Shown in pieces: positions 51,441-61,776 of a DNA stretch of 64,000 nucleotides. The DNA lies in assembly GCA_963776275.1 (NCBI GenBank), contig CAVZMI010000003.1, positions 16,607 through 80,606 of the forward strand, given 5' to 3'. The position numbers and the translations under genes were made by a program. The notes under the pieces are model-generated. The model made no database searches. It was not told the origin of the DNA and saw nothing but the letters and a program-made list of their open reading frames with translations. Position 1 is the first letter of the stretch, and each line of letters starts with the position of its first letter. The DNA is from Ignavibacteriota bacterium. GTDB lineage: Bacteria; Bacteroidota; Ignavibacteria; UBA10030; CAVZMI01.

Positions 51441-52870
51441 TCAACAGGGAAGATGAACCGTAAATGTAGTTCCTTTATGGGGTTGACTATGAACTTCGAT
51501 CGAGCCATCGTGGGCTTGGACCACCCACTGCGCGATGGCTAGTCCGAGTCCGCTTCCGCCCATCTCGCGAGAGCGCCCTTTTTCGACTCTATAGAACCTG
51601 TCGAAAATTCTCGGTAAATCCTCTTCAGGAATTCCGATGCCGGAATCCTCTACAATGATCTGAGCCTCGCCGTTGAGACGGATAAGAGTAAGCGTGACTC
51701 TGCCGTTCTCAGGCGTGAACTTGATGGCATTGTCGAGCAGATTTAACAGCAGCTGTCTCAGGCGGACTTTATCACCATTGATCTTGATTTCGTCGACATG
51801 ATGCAAATCAACCGTGATGTTTTTTTTCGATGCCAGAATGGCGCTATCTTCAAAAAGCTCGAGTACGATCTGATCAAGCTGCAGCGGTTCCCTGTGAAGT
51901 TCAATTTTTCCGCGTTCGGCTTTTGATAGCGTAAGGAGGTTCTCAATAATAGAAGCCATCCGCATGATTTCATCGAGACTGCTTGTGAGTACATGACGAT
52001 AGTCTTCCGGCGATCGCCTGCCGCGAAGAACCATCTCGATTTCACCTCGTATGATGGTCAGAGGTGTGCGCAATTCGTGCGATGCATCCATCGAAAATTG
52101 CTTCACCTGCTCAAAGGAGTCGCGCAGGCGGGAAATCATATCGTTAAACGTAGATACCAGCCGCCCCAATTCGTCATCAATCCCATGCGAAGGAATTTTT
52201 TCCTCAAGATTCTCGGCAGTAATGCGACGTGCAGCCGTCGTGATTTCGTCGACGGGCCGCAGAGATTTATTTGCAAGAAACCAGCCGCCGGCGAGCGAGA
52301 GGATGACGGCAACCGGTCCGATCAGTACAAAAATTGAAAAGAGGTTGTCAAGAAGTTCCCCAAGCTCCGCCAGAGGATAGGCCACTATAATAACATAGTC
52401 TGATGTTCTAACCGCCGCCATACGCAAGTTGATATTACGAATCCCCTGAGTCGTCACAACCTGAATCTTATAATCGTTCGGCAGTTGCTGCGGAAATTTG
52501 AGCGTGTCGGTCCCGAGGGTTTGAGAATGGAATAGCAGCACCCCTTTTTTATTACTCACCTGAAAGAACTGTTTCCGCGGATTCAACAACGTATGCTCGT
52601 AAATCTCCTTCCAGGTCGGATCGGTGACGTCGATAATTTCCGAAGAATCTTTTGATCCTATGGAGGGTGGTGGAATACGGCGGACGCGATTCGGGTACTT
52701 CTTCTGCATGATATCGTTCAGATACCCGATTTCATTCCGAAGTGAGAGATCGAGATTGTCGCGGAGCGTCTCGCGTACGTAGAAATAAGTTGTGATACCA
52801 AATGTCAACAGGATCGCGATGACAACAAATGTGTACCAGAGTGTCAATCGGACCGGATGGATCTAAGCAT
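51441..52870 (-). CDS. CusS/CzcS-like sensor histidine kinase (indel near 52850)
   Basis: RLTLWY TM1, HAMP, ASHELRTPL, NLLDNAIKF, DSGIGI, GSGLGL. Confidence 0.9.
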
Positions 52871-53541
52871 CAGGACCTTCCTTCATCACATATCCAACAC
52901 CGCGTACCGTATGAATCAGCTTTGAGTCGAATTCACCATCGATTTTGTTTCGAAGATGGTTGATGTACACATCGATGATGTTTGTCCCTGTATCGAAATT
53001 GTAATCCCAGATGTGCTCCGAAATAATGGTGCGCGATAAAACTTTATTGACATTGCGCATGAAATACTCGAGCAGCGCATATTCTTTTGCCGTCAGTTCG
53101 ATTGTCCGATTTTGACGCTTTGCTTTGTGGGCGACAGTGTCAAGGAGCAGGTCGGCCACTTTCAGCCGTTGATTTTTCTACTGCACCGCGTCTAAGCAGT
53201 GAACGAACCCGTGCCAGGAGTTCTGCCACGGCAAATGGCTTCGTCAGATAGTCGTCTGCTCCTTTATCGAGGCCCTGGACGCGGTCTTCAACAGCACTCT
53301 TTGCAGTGAGCATTAAGATCGGCGTTGAATTTTTCTTTTCCCGCATCGCTTCTAAAACCTCAAAGCCGTCTTTCTTCGGCAGCATCACATCGAGAATAAT
53401 TAAATCGTAGTTCTCGTTGCACGCAAGAAATTCGCCTCGTTCACCGTCATAGGCGATATCAACGGTATGATGATCCTCGCCGAGGGCTTGCTGGATGAAT
53501 CGGGCTACTTTTTTTTCGTCCTCAACTATAAGAATACGCAT
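52863..53541 (-). CDS. OmpR-family response regulator, CusR/CopR-like (frameshift near 53160)
   Basis: [25 protein letters not shown]; w[12 protein letters not shown]...NIIDVYI...TVRGVGY. Confidence 0.92.
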
Positions 53542-53686
53542 GAAGATATACCTGTCAGTGCGTTCTGAATAGTATTTTAAAGTGTTCTATATGTTGAAAT
53601 TAAAATAATTTAAGCTCAGTTGCAACTTGACGCGTTGCTTCTTTCTCTTAATTCCTTATATTATCAGGGACATTTTTCGTGCGATC

Positions 53687-54549
53687 ATGTTACAAAAATC
53701 CTGGTATATTTTTCCGTTTCTCCTGCTTTTTGCAGGCTGCAGCATCCAGAAACTTGCTATCCGTTCGATCGGCGGCGTAATGGATTACGGGTACGAGTCG
53801 ATGAATGAAGAAACCGACCTCCCACTGGCCGAACAGAGTCTCGCCTCAAACCTGAAACTTATCGATGCCCTAATCAAAGGGGCCCCGAGAACGAACAACT
53901 CCTGCTCCTTGGTTCTCAGGGTTACAGCAGTTATGCCATGGGATTTGTCGAGGAAAAGAGTCCGGAGAGAGCAAAGGTATTTTATACCCGGGGCCGCGAC
54001 TACGCCTTGCGAATTCTTGGAGAAAATAAAAAATTTGCAGCGGTGCGCAACGGCACGGTGGACGAATTCACCGCTGCACTCGAATCGTTCTCGAGCGATG
54101 ATGTCCCGGCCATGTTCTGGGGAGCAAGCGCGTGGGGGAGCATTATCAAGCTGGGTTTCAACGATCCCGAGATCATGGTCGATCTTCCCAAAGTTCTCGC
54201 AATGATGGATTTTGTAATAAAAAACGATTCAACCTACTATAACGGTTTTGCCTTTGCCTTCTATGGGACAATCGACGCTATCACGCCGAAGATGCTGGGC
54301 GGAAAACCCGACCGGGCAAAGCAGTATTTCGAACGCTGCCTCGCGATCAACGGCGGGAAGTTTCTCTTGTCATATGTTTTCTATGCCCAGTACTACGCGG
54401 TAGGAATTGCGGATCAGGAATTGTTCGAATCGCTCTTAAAAAAAGTTGAAGAAGCCCCCGATAATATTCTCCCCGGACAGAATCTTGCGAACATGATCGC
54501 CAAACAAAAAGCAAAGGCCCTTCTCGCAAAGACATCAGAGCTTTTTTAA
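53687..54549 (+). CDS. TRAP-associated TatT-family lipoprotein (frameshift near 53885)
   Basis: Lipobox LFAGC; EETDLPLA, YTRGRDYA, LGGKPDRAKQYFERCL, AQYYAV, LANMIAKQKA; first gene of the dctPQM operon. Confidence 0.8.
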
Positions 54550-54559
54550 TGAAAATATC

Positions 54560-55598
54560 ATGGAGGTTTATGTGAAACATTCTCGTGCTGTTATTCTTGT
54601 GATGATTCTAGGTTGCTCTATTATATATAGCCAGCAATACATCATCAAGTTTGCAACCGTTGCTCCTCAGGGAAGCACGTGGTACAATGTTATGAAGGAA
54701 TATGACGATGCAATCCGCAAAGAAAGCGGCGGGCGGATGGGATTTAAAATTTATCCCGGCGGCACCTCGGGCGAGGAAAAAGATGTCATCAGAAAAATGC
54801 GCGTCGGCCAGCTCCACAGCGCCGGGTTTACCGGAGTCGGCCTGGGTGAAATTGCAACGAAGGTTCGCATCCTCGATGCGCCATTTCTCTTTAGAAATTA
54901 TGCCGAAGTGGATTATGTCCGCGATGCTTTCAATCAGGAATTTGCCAAAGCATTTGAAGACGGCGGATACGTGAACCTGGGATGGGCGGAAGTCGGCTTC
55001 GTCTACGTTTTCACAAAAGTGCCTGTCAGGAATGCACAAGACCTCAAGGGAGTGAAGATGTGGATGTGGGAAGGAGACCCGATTGCCGAAGCTGCATTCA
55101 AAGCCCTGAATGTCAGTCCGATACCCCTTTCACTCGCCGATGTTCTCACCTCACTCCAGACCGGACTCATCGACGGGATGTATGCGTCGCCACTCGCAGC
55201 AATTTCGCTGCAGTGGTTTACACGCGTAAAATATATGATGGAGCTTCTCCCTTGCGGACTCTCAAGGAGCTGTTCTGATCTCTAAAAAGGAATTTGACAT
55301 ACTGCCGAGCGATCTTCAGGAGATACTCGTGCGTAACGGACGACTCTACATGAAAAAGCTGACGGATCAGAGCCGGAAGGATAACCAAACGTCACTCGAC
55401 CAGTTGAAGAAAAAGGGGATCAATTTCCTCCAGCCCGGGACAGAGAAAGAACGGGCAAATTACGAACAGATAGGTAAGATCGCCCGCCAATCGCTCGTTG
55501 GAAAATTATACGACCAGAATTTCCTCGATCGTATAGAGAAGGCTCTCCTCGAGGCCCGAAAGCAGTCGAAAGGAACTAGTGTCGAGTTCCAAAAATAA
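54560..55598 (+). CDS. dctP: TRAP substrate-binding protein DctP/TatP (frameshift near 55250)
   Basis: IKFATVAPQGSTW, IYPGG...EKDVIRKMRVGQL, WAEVGF, KMWMWEGD, SLQTGLID. Confidence 0.88.
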
Positions 55599-55850
55599 CT
55601 TTGTTAAAATACTTATCCAAAACAAACTCAAAAAAATAATTATCAATTAATTACCAAGTCCCGATAGGGACGGAATCTTGGTAGAATTTTGAATAGCCAA
55701 AATACTTCAAAACCCCGTCAGGGGTGGTATCTGCTTTTTCCAGATGCCGCTCCTTCAGGAGCTGGAACCTACTATTGCTTGTCGAATCCTACCAAGGTTT
55801 CACGCCTACGGCGTTCTTTTTTAAAAAACGAAAATATCAATCGAGACACC
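55575..55850. mobile_element. MITE-like element, copy 2, carrying four REP-like palindromes
   Basis: Left end ACTAGTGTCGAGTTCCAAAAATAACTT (26/27 identical to 24133); right end AATCGAGACAC; palindromes at 55658-55671, 55712-55725, 55749-55762, 55802-55814. Confidence 0.7.
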
Positions 55851-55852
55851 AA

Positions 55853-56362
55853 ATGAAACTGCTTCATCGGCTGGATGGTCTTCTCGCGAAAATTGAGAGC
55901 GCAGTTCTGATCCTGTTCCTGAGCTCGATGATGTTGATGTCGTTTCTACAGGTTGTACTCAGGAATTTTTTCAATTGGGGATTTATATGGGGAGACTCGT
56001 TCCTCCGCTATCTTGTTTTTTTCATCGGACTGCTTGCCGCGTCGCTCGCCACGCGCAATGAAAAGCATATCAATATCGACGCCCTCGCAAGAATTCTCAG
56101 CCCCAGGCTAAAAGAGATTTCCGCAATTGTCACGAACCTGTTCGCAGCGACGGTCACTTTTTTCCTTACCCGTGCATCCATCGAATTTATTAACGTAGGC
56201 CTCGACCCGGCGGATACGATGTTTCTGGGTTTACCGATCTGGTATGCGGGTGCGGTGATCGTGATTTGTTTTGGGATGATGACCTTCCGGTTTGCACTTC
56301 GAACCATTGATCATCTGATTGCTTTATTTTCCGGAACTGCGGGGAAGGAAGGGGAAAAATAA
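55853..56362 (+). CDS. dctQ: TRAP small permease
   Basis: 4 TMs, QVVLRN, ASLATRNEKHINID; ATG at 55853. Confidence 0.88.
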   Translation: MKLLHRLDGLLAKIESAVLILFLSSMMLMSFLQVVLRNFFNWGFIWGDSFLRYLVFFIGLLAASLATRNEKHINIDALARILSPRLKEISAIVTNLFAATVTFFLTRASIEFINVGLDPADTMFLGLPIWYAGAVIVICFGMMTFRFALRTIDHLIALFSGTAGKEGEK

Positions 56363-57642
56363 TGAAAATCCTCTTCTGGTTTAGCCTGCTCGTAATCATT
56401 GCGCTTCTAGGAGCGCCTCTCTTCACGGTTTTTGCGGCTGTGGCAATGCTTGCATTTAACGGCGAAGGGATAAGTTCGTCCGCTGTCATCATCGATATGT
56501 TCAGGATGACGAGCATGCAGGCGTTGATTGCCATCCCGCTCTTTACGTTTGCCGGATATATGCTGGCCGAAAGCAAAACACCGCAGCGGGTGATCAATCT
56601 TTCGCGTGCACTGCTCGGCTGGATGCCGGGTGGACTTGCTATTGTAGCACTCTGTACCTGTGCAATTTTTACGGCATTTACCGGAGCCTCGGGTGTCACA
56701 ATTGTAGCGCTTGGCGGCCTGCTCTATCCGATCCTCATTAAGGAAAAATATCCCGAGCGGTTTTCTCTGGGATTGATGACAACATCGGGCAGCCTTGGTC
56801 TTTTATTCCCGCCCAGCCTTCCCATAATACTATATGCTATAATTGCAGAAGTCAGTATCGATAAATTATTTATCGCGGGTTTGCTACCGGGTACTGTGCT
56901 GGTAGTTCTTCTGAGCCTATATTCTGTGCGCATCGCAAAGCATGCTGATGTTCCCCGTCAAGAGTTCGATTGGGCAGCCGTCAGAAAATCAATCAGAGAT
57001 GCCGCGTGGGAAATTCCGCTTCCGTTTCTGCTTCTCGGCGGACTCTACGGCGGATTGTTTACCGCCACCGAGGCTGCAGCAATTACCGCCTTTTATGTCT
57101 TTGTCGTTGAAGTGCTCATCTACCGCGATCTGAAACTTTTCACCGATGTCCCCCGTGTGATGAAAGACAGCATGCTCCTTGTCGGGGCAATCCTCATCAT
57201 CGTCGGTTGTGCATTGAGTCTTACAGGCTATCTCATCGACCAGCAGGTGACGCAGAAGCTATTCGAGTTCGTTAAGGGATTTATCAGCAGTAAGTGGGTA
57301 TTTCTTGTCGTACTGAATCTATTTCTACTTGTTGTCGGGATGATGATGGACATTTTTTCGGCTATCATCGTCGTCGTTCCGCTGATCCTTCCTATCGCTC
57401 AATATTATGGTGTCGATCCGATTCATCTCGGAATAATTTTCCTGGCGAATCTGGAAATCGGATATCTCACGCCGCCATTCGGATTGAACCTCTTTATAGC
57501 GAGTTTTAGATTCCAGAAACCTTTTATTCAGGTATTTCGCTCTGTCGTCGTGTTCATCGGGATCCTCATCGTTGCACTGCTTATCATCACGTACGTTCCC
57601 GGTCTGAGTCTCTGGTTGGTAAATCTGCTGCACATAAGGTAG
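56362..57642 (+). CDS. dctM: TRAP large permease
   Basis: AIPLFTFAG, FTGASG, LFPPS, TATEAA, DPIHLG, LTPPFGLNLF. Confidence 0.93.
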   Translation: MKILFWFSLLVIIALLGAPLFTVFAAVAMLAFNGEGISSSAVIIDMFRMTSMQALIAIPLFTFAGYMLAESKTPQRVINLSRALLGWMPGGLAIVALCTCAIFTAFTGASGVTIVALGGLLYPILIKEKYPERFSLGLMTTSGSLGLLFPPSLPIILYAIIAEVSIDKLFIAGLLPGTVLVVLLSLYSVRIAKHADVPRQEFDWAAVRKSIRDAAWEIPLPFLLLGGLYGGLFTATEAAAITAFYVFVVEVLIYRDLKLFTDVPRVMKDSMLLVGAILIIVGCALSLTGYLIDQQVTQKLFEFVKGFISSKWVFLVVLNLFLLVVGMMMDIFSAIIVVVPLILPIAQYYGVDPIHLGIIFLANLEIGYLTPPFGLNLFIASFRFQKPFIQVFRSVVVFIGILIVALLIITYVPGLSLWLVNLLHIR

Positions 57643-57686
57643 GGGGGAAGGAAAAGGTAGAGTAATAGATAAAGGAAAAAGTAAAT

Positions 57687-57800
57687 CCTTCGACTCGTTC
57701 GCCCCGTTGAAACGGGACTCACTCGCTCCACGAAGTGGTCTCCTTCGACAAGCTCAGGGTAGTACTTTAGGGCCACGAAGTGGTACTTTAGTGCAGGGCA
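57687..57800. repeat. Nested stack of short palindromic repeats
   Basis: Outer CCTTCGAC...GCT|CAGGG split by two CCACGAAGTGGTACTTTAG(G/T)G units; the first unit is split by CCTTCGACAAGCTCAGGG. Confidence 0.65.
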
Positions 57801-57827
57801 GGGGTAAAGGTTGAGAAGGAAAAGACG

Positions 57828-57921
57828 AACGAAATTGTGGATTTCGGATTATCTATTTGGAGGTTTAGCCTTTGGGAATTCTATATTCCGAATTCAACAA
57901 TCCGCAATCCGAAATCTCGTT
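57828..57921. repeat. Heptamer-based inverted repeat (hairpin element)
   Basis: AACGAAATTGTGGATTTCGGATT ... AATTCAACAATCCGCAATCCGAAATCTCGTT. Confidence 0.6.
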
Positions 57922-57967
57922 AGTATTCTATACCGGGTTTATAAACTTTCTTACTTGGCTACTCTTT

Positions 57968-58663
57968 TTATCTCCCCTCTTCGACATTCAATCGATATCC
58001 GATTCCCGATTCCGTTACGATGATCTTCGGATTTGACGGATCGTCTTCGATTTTTTTTCGTAATTGACCGACATAGACACGGGTGTACTGCGCCTCTTCG
58101 GCAAAATTTGGTCCCCATATCTGTTCAAGAATGTAACTGTGCGTGAGAACCCTTCCTGCATTCCTGACAAATAGCGCGAGCAGCGCGTACTCCGTGGCTG
58201 TGAGTTTTATTATTTCGTCTTTCTTTTTTACAATTCGAGCGGAAAGATCAACGGAAAAATCATGAAAAACAAATGATTCATCTTCCTGCAATACCGGACG
58301 ATGCCGCAGTGCAGTCCGGACTCGAGCGAGTAGTTCACCAGTCCGAAAAGGTTTTACCAGGTAATCATCAGCCTTCGCATCAAGACATGCAACAATATCC
58401 GCCTCGGCGCTGCGAACAGATAAAATTAAAACTGGCGTTGAAGACCACTCACGGATTTTTTTGAGCACCTGGACGCCTTCCATATCCGGTAAACCGAGAT
58501 CGAGTATAATGAGCTCGGGGCGCTCGCTGGCGGCTTTCATTATGCCCTCTTCACCATTTGTCGCGAAACGGACTGCATAGCCTTCCTGCTCCAGCGTCAA
58601 CTCGAGCAAGCGACGGATCTGGATTTCATCATCAATTATGAGTATGGTCGGCTTATTACTCAC
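57968..58663 (-). CDS. kdpE: KDP operon response regulator
   Basis: DDEIQIRRLL, LDLGLPDMEG, LTATEY, YTRVYVGQLRKKIEDDPSNP, TESGIGY. Confidence 0.93.
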   Translation of the reverse strand: MSNKPTILIIDDEIQIRRLLELTLEQEGYAVRFATNGEEGIMKAASERPELIILDLGLPDMEGVQVLKKIREWSSTPVLILSVRSAEADIVACLDAKADDYLVKPFRTGELLARVRTALRHRPVLQEDESFVFHDFSVDLSARIVKKKDEIIKLTATEYALLALFVRNAGRVLTHSYILEQIWGPNFAEEAQYTRVYVGQLRKKIEDDPSNPKIIVTESGIGYRLNVEEGR

Positions 58664-61343
58664 GATTCTCCTTCTGCTTTTTGTGTTGCCTCGGCATGCA
58701 TCGGGATTCGAATTGTAAACTCGGCGCCGCCTTCAGAACGATTCTTCACCGAAATCGTCCCGTGGTGTGCTTCGATAAATCCTTTTGTGATAGTCAGACC
58801 GAGCCCCGTCCCGCCTGTCCGGGCACCTCGAACACGATAGAATTTTTCGAATACTTTTTCAAGATCCTCCTCCGGCAATCCGGGACCGTCATCGGCAATT
58901 GTTATGACACATTCGTTGTTCTCGATCCGCGCTTCCACGAGAATTGATGTTCCCTCAGGTGTATGCTGCGTTGCATTATGAATCAGATTGGTGAGTGTTT
59001 GTTCAAGGAGTCCGAAATCTGCTTTGAGCAGCGGCATCGTATCGGGTACGTTGATTGTTACCGGATGACGTGCGAGTTCCGGTTCCAGTCCTTTGATTGT
59101 CACATTGATGAGATCACGGAACGTCGCACCAGTCGAGTTTAGGCTGAATGAGTCCCGATTCTAGGCGTGTCATATCGAGCAGATTCTCGACGAGTCTGTT
59201 CAGGCGTTCGGCAGCGATGTGAATTTCTTTTGTGTATTCAAACGCTGCTGTCGATTTATCCGATATATATTTATTGAGCAAATTTTCCGAAGCGCCCATG
59301 ATCGCCGCAATGGGCGTTCGCAATTCATGAGAGATCGAATTGAATAATGTTTGATAAAGACGCTCCGATTCGGCTATTACAATTGATTTTTTTGTGAATT
59401 CATTCAGGAGCTCCCGCTCGATTGCGGAGGAAATTTGTGAAATAAAATTCTGGAGGAGCGTTTCCTGATCGATCGTGAATTTCTGATTATGTAGCGGCTT
59501 TACTCCTATTACGCCCAGCGGGTAACGCGGGCCCGACATCGGGAAATATGTTGCCTGCGCAAACGGCAGTGTCTCGGAAAACTTTCCGGCCTTCTTCTCG
59601 TTCCAGTAAACCCATGCCGCAACGCCGAATTCTTTCGGATCGGGCTGTATGGTGCTAGCTGGATGAGGTGCCGGAGAAATATCTCCATCGGGTTCGCCGA
59701 GATAGACTGCAACATCTGCATTGAAGTATTTTTTGATATTGGATACCGCCGCTTTAATCACTTCGTCCTGAGAATGTGTAAATGCCAGGTCTTTTGTCAG
59801 AGCGAAGAGCGCAGAGGTTTTTTCTTCACGTTGCCGGACAGCTTTCTCACGTGCCCGGACGCGTGCAGAGAGAACACCGGTGACGATCGCGACGATAATA
59901 TACATTCCGAGCATGAGCACGTCTTCAACGTGTCCGACCGAGAAAGTGAAGAGCGGAGGGATGAAGAAGAAGTCCCATGCGAATGCGCCGAGTCCGGCCG
60001 CCACGAGAACCGACCGGGCCCCATTCTTAATGGAAGAAGTGATACGGTCAGAAGAATAATCAGTGAAACCGTACGATACCCGATATACTGCGACAGTGGA
60101 AAGCAGATCAACGCAACGATGAGAACAATCGCTGAAGCGATGAGATATTGGGGAAAGGCGGATTGTATCTGGAAAAAGCCCTGACGGTTTTTTCCCTGTG
60201 TATCTGTCTCTTCATGTCCGACAATATAGATATCCAGGTTATGGCTTCGTTCGATGAGGTCGTTTAAATGTCGCGATGCACTTGAAAAAAGATGCCGCTC
60301 CGGCTTTCCGACGAGAATCTGTGTGACATTTTGTTCCCGAGCCACACGGATGAGTGCGCCGGCTATATCTTCATCTGATGTGGTGAAAATTTCTGCGCCA
60401 AGTTCGCCTGCGAGTTTTATATTTTTTGAAAGTTGTTCTTTTTCTTTCTCATTCAATGACTTCGATGTTTCGACATACACTGCAATCCACGATGCGTCCA
60501 TTGTATATGATACGCGGCGTGCCCAACGTATCAGATGAGTCGAATAAGGACTTGGGCTGATGCCGACGAGTATGCGCTGCCCCGATTTCCATGGTCCTGA
60601 AATTCGCTGCCTCCGCATGTAATCGCGGAGCTGCCTGTCAACCCGTTCGGCGGTCAGGCGGAGCGACATTTCACGCAGCGCAGTTAGATTTCCTTTCCGG
60701 AAAAAATTCTCGATGGCCTGTTTTGACCGTTCCGAGGTATAGACTTTTCCTTCAGTGAGGCGTTTTAGTAATTCGTCGGGAGCGATGTCGATGATTTCAA
60801 TTTCATCTGCCGATTCAAAGATTGAATCCGGCACGGTTTCACGGATTGTGCTTCCCGTTATTTGTGCAACGGTATCGGCGCGGCTTTCAAGATGTTGAAC
60901 GTTCAGAGTGGTAAATACATCAATTCCATTATCCAGAAGTTCAAGAATGTCCTGGTAACGTTTCGTATGGCGGCTGCCGGGTGCGTTCGTATGTGCCAAT
61001 TCATCGACAAGTGCCAGTTTCGGTTTTCGGGCGAGGATGGCGTCGAGATCCATCTCCTCTAGTGTCGTACCGCGATATTCGAGCTGTTTCCGGGGAACAA
61101 TTGGAAGTCCGGCAAGGAGAGCTTCGGTCTCGGAGCGCCTGTGGGTTTCAACATATCCAACCACAACGTCGATGCCCTTCGATTTCGCTTCGCGAGCATC
61201 CTTGAGCATGTCGTACGTTTTGCCGACTCCGGCGCACATGCCAAAGAAAATCTTTAGTTTCCCTTTTTTTCTTTCTCTTCTTCCTTTTTCAGAAGATTGA
61301 GAAGAGCATCGGGATCGGGACGTTGTTGATCAATAGGATCCAT
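58660..61343 (-). CDS. kdpD: Sensor kinase KdpD (about three frameshifts)
   Basis: RPDPDALL, GMCAGVGKTY, VDELAHTN, TLNVQHLES, USP-like domain, WDFFFIPP TM block, SISHELRTP, GTGLGL over four ORF pieces. Confidence 0.92.
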
Positions 61344-61406
61344 GTTATAATATAGAAATAATCAAAATGAGATTCACACCGTGAATATAAAGCATTTTTA
61401 GACGTA

Positions 61407-61775
61407 TCATCTTCTATCCATTATGAGTTTTTCAGCTTTACAACCACCCACGACTTTTCCCTCGAGACGTTGAGCATCAACCCGCCCATCACCTATAATT
61501 TTTAAAACCTTCACTTTACCGATAATTTTTCTTGCCCGACCACTGGAAAAATATACGCCTGGGTACGATCCTAACGGGCGGAGGATAAGGAGGCAATCAC
61601 CCACGGCTACCTCCATCGAGGGGGGAAAAGTAATATATATCCCATCCTTATTCAATTCAACGACCAGGATATCGTATAATGGTCCAAATCCACAAAAAAT
61701 GAATGGGCCGAAAGCAATTCGTAGAAAAATTTTTTTCGTGATATTACTATAATTCAAGAGTGCCATTTTCCCCAC
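61407..61775 (-). CDS. Hypothetical protein in the position usually taken by kdpC
   Basis: 122-aa ORF starting 2 nt after the kdpB stop; beta-rich (IGKVKVLKII); no KdpC motifs. Confidence 0.45.
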   Translation of the reverse strand: MGKMALLNYSNITKKIFLRIAFGPFIFCGFGPLYDILVVELNKDGIYITFPPSMEVAVGDCLLILRPLGSYPGVYFSSGRARKIIGKVKVLKIIGDGRVDAQRLEGKVVGGCKAEKLIMDRR

Positions 61776-61776
61776 C

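Noticed and set aside
55724-55852. N-terminal extension of dctQ in the ORF track
   Set aside because: Runs through the palindromic repeat element; the ATG at 55853 gives a normal-sized DctQ
57728-57793. CCACGAAGTGGT direct repeats as a mini-CRISPR
   Set aside because: Only two short copies; the intervening DNA is itself a repeat unit; better explained by nesting
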